Shown piece after piece: positions 21,596 through 32,300 of a stretch of 35,365 bases of DNA. Where the stretch lies: NCBI RefSeq assembly GCF_001194135.2, contig NC_069002.1, positions 244,994 to 280,358 on the forward strand, read 5' to 3'. The translations under genes and the position numbers were made by a program. Numbering within the stretch: position 1 is the stretch's first letter; each line of letters begins with the position of its first letter. The notes under the pieces were generated by a model. It did not search any database. It saw only the letters and a list, made by a program, of their open reading frames with translations, and was not told the origin of the DNA. Origin of the DNA: Octopus bimaculoides (Eukaryota).

Positions 21596-24500
21596 CTAAT
21601 CCGTAAATTTAGAGGATATGTGGTAGTAATTCTGATCTTCAGCAGAAACTGTTGCAGGAGCTTTACTCATAGGATCTTTACCATCATGTGATTTGGGGAA
21701 TGCGATGACGTCACGAATGCTTGGCTCATCACACAAAATGGCTAAGAGACGATCAAGACCTAGAAGATAAATGAAAAGCAAAAAAAAAAAAAAAAATGAT
21801 AATTCATTTAAGAAATTAATTAGAATAAATTTAATAATCAGATGGCTGAAGTATTATCTTGGTTTTTAATATAAAATGCATTTAATGAATGGAATAAACT
21901 GTTTGAAAATTTATATTTTCTGACAATACAAGAGAGTGATGTCTTTTTCATCCTTAAACATCATAAGGTGTAAATTCTGTGATAAATATGACTGCAATTT
22001 AGTGTTTGTTGTTAAAAACTCAGGTTAGTGATGAATAATAATAATCCTTTTTTTGCTATAGGCACAAGGGTAACTGAAATTGGAAGCATCAATATACTGA
22101 GTTTTTCTCAGGCCAAAGACCTGGTCCAAATGATTTGAAAGAGTGGACTCTGCTAAAGACAGCCAAGTGTCATAACTTCAATCTCTTTCACTTGGTACCA
22201 GCTAAAAATAGCACTGAACCTCATTAAGGATTCTGCCTCTACTTACCCAGAGCAATTCCTCCGTGAGGTGGGCAGCCACTGTCCAAAGCATGTAAAAGGT
22301 GTTGCAGCTGACGGCTGTCTTCCTATTAAAAGAAAAAACAAAAAAGATAATCAATTATACAATTCACAAAAGAAACACAGTTTCTTATAAACAGTTCTAG
22401 AATCCAAGTATAAAACCCAACGGGAGTTTGTAGTCTTGATGCTTTCTGTCAAGAGTATTTGCATTTGCAATGCATGTAGGATAAACTTGAAACTGAGTTA
22501 CAATCATGTCACACACAAGTTACATCTATGACGTCACACAGTTGATTAGATCAACCTCAGTATGCAACTGGTACTTAATTTATTGATTGTGAAAGGATGA
22601 AAGGCAAAGTCAACCTCGGCAGAATTTGAACTCAGGATGTAAAGACAGATGAAATACTGCTAAGCATTTCGCCCGGCGTGCTAACGGAACCGCCAGCTCG
22701 CCACCTTGAGAACAGCTAGAATCATGTGAAACGTATGTCTTTCAGATGAGCATTTAGCTATCTCAATGAAAGGAAATGTCTGTGACAGTCTCAAAGCCAC
22801 ATTGCAGACAGTATTGAATAGGATTCACTTTAGTTTAGGTTTGCTTTTTTGTGCTATTCAGATGGTACAGTGGTAACATTATGTCAGACCACTTGTTGCA
22901 GTTCAAAGTTCATTGCTTTTACTTGATAGAAACAGAATATTACTGGTATTATTTTATCAGTGGGGTGAAAAATCAACCTCAATTTTGAAAGAACTTCAAT
23001 TAATCAAGGCAAAGCAATAGAACAATCTTTAGAAACAGCTTTCTGCTATATAACTTTCCTACTGCTATATAAATTCACTTCTCCTTGAACCAACAAGTCC
23101 ACCACCACCACCACCAACACACACACCTCTATGTTGTCACTCAACATACTAGAAATAGCAGTCATATATCTCCTTCAAACCATCACCTACTATCTTTTAA
23201 AAATGGAATGTTTACCTTAAGTATCTGCTCCAATATATAAAGTTGTTCTTTAGCTGTGTGAATACGAATCGAACCGCCTCCAATCTCATGTCCATTTAAC
23301 ACCAGATCATAATGCTGACCCTTCACCTAACAGGGAAATAAGAGATAAATGGAGAGCAATGAACAATATATTGTAATCATTGTATTTAATTAACTTTTTC
23401 TTCTTTTTTTATACTAACCCATTGCAATTATACTTATCACTACTTAGCACTCCCCCTCCATAGCTAACCCATCTGAAATTAACTCTGGTTCTATCATCTG
23501 AAAATCCACCAGTTTTAAAGTATATATACCAATGTTAAAACCTACTATTATGATTTTATACAAAACCTCATTGTACATTCCAGTTTAATTTAATAATTCA
23601 AAAGGTTTTGCATTTGACCAAGGTCGATGCAGAGCTTAACACAACCACCACCACCACCACTATCATCTCCATCATCATGTACCTTAAGTGGATCTGTATA
23701 TAAGAGTTCAACATCTTCTGGCATTGGGGCAGTGAACGGGTGATGGGCTGATTCCAAGCCGTCTAGAATAAAACAAAAACAACAAAACATGTTTAAAATT
23801 AATGAAGTCATTATGGATATAATATGTGAGAGTAACAATGATGATAAGAATAAGAATAATAATAATAATAATAATGATTTCTTATATTTGCCACCAGGGC
23901 GAAGAATGAAGGGGACAATACAAAGACAGACATAAAGTGTTGGGGTTTACATATAATGGAATGATTTACAAAAAACAAAACAAACAAAACTCTACAAAGT
24001 ATACATTAGTAGGGAAGTAAACAACTATTATACAACAGTAAGAGAAAGAAAAGAGTAGAGACTTACCACAATCTTCTTTTGGTAGGAAAAGCGGGAAATC
24101 TACAACCCAAAGAAAATTGAACGCTTCAGTGTCCCGCAGTTTCATACCTAAGGAAACGAGGGGGAAAAAATGTTATTAGTATATTGTATAAACACTCATA
24201 TACACTCTCTCTTGCACACACACACAAGTACTCTCCCTCAGAGTGACAGGCTGATTGTATGATGCCTGTGTACAAATAGTCATACTACGTGGTAGCAAGA
24301 CATGGGTTGTGACTATTGAGGACATGCGAAGGGTTGAAAGAAATGAAACTCTGCTTAGTGGGTAATGTCAGTGTGCATGTAGATAAAACAGTGCTGATCT
24401 CTAATTGTGAAGGGAATTAGTGGAAGGAGTAGACCCAGGAAAACATGGGATGAAGTCGTGAGAAATGATCTTCAGACATTGGACCTCACTGAAGACATGA

Positions 24501-26475
24501 CAACAAATCGAGACTTCTGGTGATTTACTGTACTTGAGAAGATATATCAAGCTATAAGTAAAACGATGGTCATCTCTACATAGTCATGTGCCTCTGTCAG
24601 TTGCGAGTTGTACCACATGAAAAGCACCCAGCAGACACTCTGTAAAGTGGCTGGCATTAAGAAGAGCATCTAGCCATAGAAGCCATGCAAAAACAGACAA
24701 CTGCAATCTTGGATAGATCTCCGGCTGGGCCAGCTCCTATCAAACTGTCCAATCCATGCCAGTATCACAAACAGACTTTAAATGATGATGATGATGATGA
24801 TGATGATGATTATATATATATATATATANNNNNNNNNNTACATATATATATATATATACCATCATCATCACCATGATGTGCAGTTCTCTGAAAATTAGAA
24901 GAGAAAGTCATGGCAGGAATGCCTTTGACCATAGGTTGGCTGTTGCAAGGGGAGGTGTTCTCAGCAGCACAAACACACACACATAGGCATAAAAGCTCTT
25001 CTATTATTGACTTACCATTGGACTCCATCATGTTAGCACATTCCAGGCGTAATTTACCAAGTAAAGAATACTGAAAGAGAAGAATAAAGAAGAGTAAAGA
25101 AGGGGAAACTAGAGAAAATGTTAGGGTTAGGATTAGGGTACCTAAGACCTGAGCTCCCACTTCTGTTCTATGGCCTTTCTCACTAACATGAAGTAAATTA
25201 ACAAGTTTTACTTACTGGATGTTCATGGATTCCAGCAGCTAAGAGGACAACATCTCCAGGTTCCAGTCCAAGACTGTCTGTTAGTTCTTCTTTTAGGTTC
25301 TGTTGTAAAACGTTAGAAATTGGTGATTGCCATTGATTGTTGTCTTTGATGACAATGATGGTTAATCCCTGGAATAGATAATCAAATGATGGTTAATCCC
25401 TGGAATAGATAATCAAATATTTAAACAGTTTTTCTTATTAACATTTCTTAATGTTGTACAGTTGTGACACAGGGGCAGTGAATATGTAAAAAGGTTCACG
25501 GTTGTTGTTGTTTAACCTCGTTATATATAAGAAAAGACAATCCAACAATGGCCAACCTGTATTTTTTTATCAAACATTTTCTATTATTTATGAGAAAAGA
25601 CATAGGTACAAGCATGGCTGTGTGGAAAGAAGCTTGCTTCTCGACCACATGGTTCCGAGTTCAGTCCCACAACGTGGCACCTTTGGACAAATGTCTTCTA
25701 CTTTAGAGGTAGAAGTAGGGGGGGGGGGGAATGGAAAGAGAAAGAGACAAACTTTAAGAGATAAGCTGTTTATCAGAGGAAATTACAAAAACAAATCTTG
25801 CTTCAAAACAACAACACCACCATCAGCAACAACAACAGTGATATTGTAATTTGAGTCTCTCTTTTGAGTATTTATCTTCAACATTAATGCTGTTAATAGG
25901 GAGTGTTGGGGACTAATTGAGTGAGAAGACACTGCTTTTATCTGCCCACTGACAACAATAGAATCTCAGGGGGGCGGGGGAGATTTTACACAAAAAGTTC
26001 ATCAAACAGAATTACTTGTGTGTGTTTGTGTGTATTGTGTATGTGTGAATCCAGAACCATGTGGTTGGGAAGCAACCGTTTTAACTACACAGCCATACCA
26101 GGACCTGAACATAGTTTTTTTTTTTTAAATATAAAATGTATTTTCATTCGCCAAGAGAGTGAAAATTCATTTGTAAGTGAAACAAATAAGTGAGGGTTTT
26201 ATGAAAATAAGGAACTGTTGTAAAGCCCCAGGCCAACCCTGACAGAGCAGAGACTATGATCGAAAGCATTCCATCTTTGACCAACATGTCTTTTGTGTGT
26301 ATCAGAAACTACATTGCCTTACGTACCCTTCTGTATTTAAGATGGTTGGTTGTTCAGGAAAGTATGACTGCTATTTCTAGCAGGTCAAGCGACCATGTAG
26401 ATGCCTCTGTTACTGGATTAGTGACAGAGCAGATGGGAACTATCTTCTTTTTTTTTTTTTCTGCTGCTGCTGCTG

Positions 26476-26517
<42 letters not shown>

Positions 26518-26899
26518 ATACTACTGCTGTTGCTGCTAGGAAATAATGAAGAAGTCAAGCCACACTAATGAAGAAATACTGAGAGAGGTAAGTGGGAAGG
26601 GACAGGGAGTTAGTTGTCAACAATGACAAATGGTTGGCATTCTTTCAGCCCAGAATTGTCACTAAATCAAGTGGTACCACTGGGTACCATCTTTTGGGAA
26701 GACTAACGCAATACAACAGAATATCTTTTCATTAATTACTAATTACTAATGAATTGGCACAAATTGGTGCAGAAAGCCTAAACATCAAATAGTTTTTTGT
26801 TTTTAACACTCTGCATTTTGAGTTCTAATCCTGCCATGGTTTGGCAGTGACTTTTAATCCCCCCTCCCCGCCCAGATCAATAAAGTAAGCAACAGTAAC

Positions 26900-26930
<31 letters not shown>

Positions 26931-29289
26931 GTTTTCATGTCTACCTTTCCAAGCTGGAATGAGTTACATAGAACATGTTGAGGCAGGTTTGCTATGGTTG
27001 GATGCCCTTCCTGTCACCAACCCTCACCTGTTTCCAACCAAGATAATGTTTCCCTGGGGTCAGGCAAGTTTTTCACAGAAGACTGGAGATGATTGGCTCA
27101 CAGCTTTGTGGTTTCCAAGAAAATTTTTGGCAACTTCAACAGAAGATGTCTCTGCTCCGAGTTCGTTCTCATTAAGATGGAAATGATGAGTCATGGATGA
27201 CACTGCGGATCTGTGGTCCACTGAAAACTCCAGCTTCCAGTTTAGCATCTGTCAATGTTCCCTTGAATTTATCCTTTGAATATTGGAAAGCACTACCTTG
27301 GTGATCCATACCCTTCCTGAAATTTTTAATAGAGCCGAATTTAATGTGAAGTGGTAGAAGATGTACTTTCTAAAGGTCAATAAGTGCTGGCTGCTATTGC
27401 TAGCAGGGCAGATGACCATGCAGAGGTGCCTTCGTTAAGTGGGTTGCAGTGGCAGGGGTTAGATGGTGGGGTTGACACGAGATGTTGTGTGCTGATTGTT
27501 TCTTTAGCAATTTATTCCCGATGGGAATACTACAATCTTGATAACACTGTACAGACTAATTATCTCCTTCTCTTTATGTATTCTCCTATATTCATGCACA
27601 CTCACACACACTCACACACACACACACACACATGCTCTCTCTTTCTCTCTCTCTCTCTCTTACTCTATCTATCTATCTCTATCTAGCTTCATTCATTTAT
27701 CTTCACACACACACACACGCATATACAACCACAGAAGACTCCTTACTATTAATCTGACAAACACACACACACAAATACTCAGACACATGCATGCACCACT
27801 ACACACACTCATTCACACATACAGAGTGTGTATGTGTGTGAATGTAGACTGAGGTGAAACCAGTGACAGAGTGATGGTCTGGGAAAGAAGAAGAGATAGA
27901 AAACAGCAGCAGCAGCAGCAGTAACTTTCACAGTGAAAAAGAAAAAAGCAAACTTTGAAGAAAATCTTCTCCAAAACCTGTCTTGAAAGAATGTGAAGCA
28001 AAGAGTGGAGTTTTTGGTGCACAAATAACCTGAGCCAAAATGTGAGTAAAATAACCTGTTATTTTGTAATTTTAAAGATTTATTTTCTTCTCATTACATG
28101 ACCCCACTTTTATGAGTGGTAGGAGGGCACAACCCCTTCCTCGAGAGTAATCATCATCATCATTTAATGCTTGTTTTCCATGCTAGTATGGGTTGGACCA
28201 TTGCCTCAGTCAGGAATGGTATTAGTCCAACCCATACCAGCATGGAAAACAGATGTAAACTCTACATAAAAAAATTGAAATCCCCACTCACCACACACAA
28301 TCCTTTGTAGCATACAAAGGTCAACTTTGATCCAGTAAACTTTAGGGGTTCAATCCCAGATTGTTTATGGCTACCCCTGTCTCTTAACAAATTTCCTGAA
28401 ATTCCCCAACATTATTCCTAATCTACCGATGTACTCCTTCCTCTTTAGAGTTCTTTTACTGTTCACTTTCTTATATCTTTTGTATTTCCTCTTGTGTATT
28501 GTTCTATCTTCCATTGCTGTCTTTCTTTACTTCAATCATTGCCACTTTCTGTCCCTAGTTGTAGAGCACCAAAGCACTGTATACAACAAGCTCATCATCA
28601 TCATCATCATCATTATTATTAACCCTTTAGCATTTAAACCAGTCATATCCAGCCATGTGTGGCCCAAATATTCTGTTTTATGATCAAACTAGCCACATCT
28701 TGCCTATCACATCAGCGAAATCTCAAAGCTTTGAGATAATCCATGATTAATTCAAAAGAACCCGAATAAATAAGCATTGACAGAATTATCTGAATGCTAA
28801 AGGGTTAGGGCAGCGAGCTGGCAGAATCATTGCTGTGCTGGGCAAATGCTTATCAGCATTTCATCTGTGTTTATGTTCTGAGTTCAAACTCTGCCAGGGG
28901 TGACTTTGCCTTTCATCCTTTCAAGGTCGTCGATGAAATAAGCAACAGCCAAGTACTGGGGTCAATGTAATCCACTAAGCCCCTTCCCCCACAATTTCAG
29001 GTTTTCTACCTATTGTAGGAAGGATTACTATTATTATTATTATTAGGGAGCAAGCTGGCAGCACCGTTAAAGCACTGGAAGATATGGCTTTAGGGTCTAA
29101 ATTCAAATACTGCTGAGATCCACTTTATCTTTCTTTCCTCTGCAGCCGACAAAATAAAGAACTAGCCAAGTCCTGAGGTTGATGGGATCAAATAATCCCT
29201 TCCCTTCAACATTGCTTCATGAGTGAATACAATAGACATATACTGTGCAGAAGTTCATAGTGCATATGTGTGTGTGTGTGTGTACCTAG

Positions 29290-29340
<51 letters not shown>

Positions 29341-32300
29341 AAACTGTTATGCAATTTCACATTCCCGATTGTCGGAGAGTATGTTTAGAATATAAACAAA
29401 CTGTCCGACGAATGGGAACGTGAAACTTTGAGAAATACATTTTGTGATATTTTTGCGGCTTTATAATAAAAGCATAATCCTAATTTAAAAAGTGCAATCC
29501 AATATGGTTTCAGTTATTGAAATTTTCTGGACTGCAAATTCTCATATTTGGTTGTTATTCTGTTTATTTTAAATCATCATCATCAACATTTAACGTCTGT
29601 TTTCCATGCTGGCATGGGTTGGACAGCTTGACAGGAACTGGTAAGGCCAGGGGCCACAGGAGGTTCCCTAATCTGTTTTGGCTTGGTTTCTACAGCTGGA
29701 TGCCCATCCTAAAGCCAACCACTTAACACGGGGTACTGGGTACTTTTTATGTGGCACCATCATCAGTGCTTTTTACGTGACACTTCTGCTGTGGGTGATG
29801 GGTCTTCTTGAGCTTCTGCTGTGGAGGACAGGTCTTTTATTAAAACTTTGTAAGTCCTGTAAATTTTATCAATGCTTCATATCTGTTCTTATAATTCTGT
29901 TTTTATTTTTCTCCCTCTTACAGATTTTTCAATCAAGAATGAAGTTGGTATATATCTACTATGTCTTTGTTGTCTTTTCTATAAGACAAGGCCAGTTATT
30001 AATTGGAGCCACAACACAAAACTGTCCAGCTATTTGCAAATGTACACAAAAACCAACAGTCGCTTGGTGCAGAGAAATACCAACCAATATGACGAATTTT
30101 ACTTCAACACTCACAGAACTTCACCTGACCAATATTAACCTTGGCCCCACACTTTCCCAAAATTTTCCTCCAATGCCTAAGTTGGAATTACTAGATCTTT
30201 CCAAAAATGGTATCTACCTCTTAGGCAGTAAAATTTTACACCACCTTCCTAACTTGAAAACTTTGATCTTGAAAGAGAATATGGTATCCACATTGGCACC
30301 ATCATTTTTTGAGCAGAATACAAAACTGGAATATCTTGATTTGAGCAAAAATAAATTTTCAGCACTACCAGACCATTGTATGAAATATCTGAGAAAACTG
30401 AAGGTTTTCAATATTAGTTACAATATACTGACAAGCCCTTCTCTTATGCTGGGATTTCAACAAACTAAAAATTTACAAGTCATTGATTATTCTCAAAACA
30501 AATTCCACTACTTTGCCCCTGACACTTTCCTTTTCTCTGACCAATGGAATAGAGGTATAGGGAGGCATATCAATCTATCATACTGTAACATCAAAAACAT
30601 ATATCCAAAAGTCTTTGAAAATTTTCCAGATCTAGTCTCCCTTTCTCTGTCTGGAAATCCATTAATTCTAAGGGAAAACTTAACATTGCTCTTGGCAAAC
30701 ATACAAAACAGCTCGTCACTTAAGAAACTGGATTTGTCTTTTCTAAATTACCCTACTATCACCTCTGCATTTGCCGACTTGCAACAGATCACCATCAAAG
30801 AACTTGATTTGTCAGGGAATAAAATAGATTCTATAGAAGCAATTTCTTTGCAGTATTTGTCAACACTGCACATTTTCAAAGTCAACAGAAACAAACTGAA
30901 AACTCTAAATGGATTGGTTAGACTTGGTAATTTACGCTACCTTGATATCTCTTATAACCAAATAAACAAACTGCACATAGATTATGTTAAAACTTTCTTC
31001 AAGATGGAACATTTCATTGGTCACCACAACAAGCTGCTTACAGTAAGCCGTGAGGAACTCTTAGAGTGGAAAGGTCTGCGTTACTTGGATATTAGCCACA
31101 ATAAATTGGAAATGTTGAATCTGCCTATGGTGTCCAGCCTAGAAACTCTGTACGTTAGCCACAACAAACTGAGATCTCTGTTGTTCCCTGTCGGAACAAT
31201 GGCACTGAAGACTATTGATGCCAGCAACAATAAACTAACATCAATGGTGCCATTTCAGTTCTCTGGAATGCAACATATACATTTGGTTAATTATAGTTGT
31301 AATGATATTACGATGATACATGAACAGACGTTTAAGGGATACACACCAAAGAAAATAGATTTATCAGGAAATAAAATAACAAAACTTGATCATTATGGTT
31401 GGGAATTTGCAACTGAAGTTTACTTAAGAAATAATCCTCTGAAAAAGATTAGCATCCAAGCATTCTACCACATGTTCAGTTTGGAAATCCTGGATTTAGG
31501 TCACAATAAAATCAAAGAAATTGTACCAGGTACCTTTAAGCATTTGAAAAATCTGACAACTCTCCTTCTCTCTGATAATGACTTTGGCTCAAATACAGAT
31601 TTTGGAAGGGTCTTTAATCCTTTACTTCAGTTAAAACATTTGGACCTGTCAGCAAATGCCTTAACAGTATTGAATAATGCTAGTTTGAAAAAAAACCCAA
31701 ATTTGAAAAGTATCTATTTGACATTTAATAACCTAACAAAAATCTCACCAGCGATGTTTTCAGCCATAGCAAAACTAGAACGAATAGATTTTTCATTGAA
31801 CCCCTATGTGTGTGACTGTAGTCTTCTCCCACTCAGAGACTGGTTGCGCAAGACTTCGGCAGAACTTCACAATGTCCATGTTAAACGTGCTTATGCATGT
31901 AATAACCCACCTTCCAGAAAGGGAATCAACATATGGGATTTTGAAGTGGAAAATTTCGAATGCCACAAAAATTTGTTATATCTAATAATATTTGGATCGT
32001 TTACTATTTTTGTGGTGGTCAGCATAACTATTTTGGCGATAGCAAGGTACATCCATGAAAAATGTAAACAAAGAAGGATAGCCAAAAATTTCAAGATGCT
32101 AAATCGATATACAATAGACTGGGTTCAATCAAGGGATCAGATTAATCCCCTATTGACTGAAAACTTAAAGAAGAAATCACCTTCGGTTTGCAAAGAGGAA
32201 CAACCAAAGCTAAAAGACAAGCTGCCACAAGAGAATCCCACAGAGGCTGAACAAGTCAAAAAAGAAAATGGCAAAGAGAATATTTATGTGAATTGTCAAG

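Noticed and set aside
29678-29938. N-terminal 87 codons of the 1037-aa track ORF
   Set aside because: Derived from a family-C repeat and a polypyrimidine tract; an acceptor AG at 29922-29923 and the signal peptide at 29939 give a better start.
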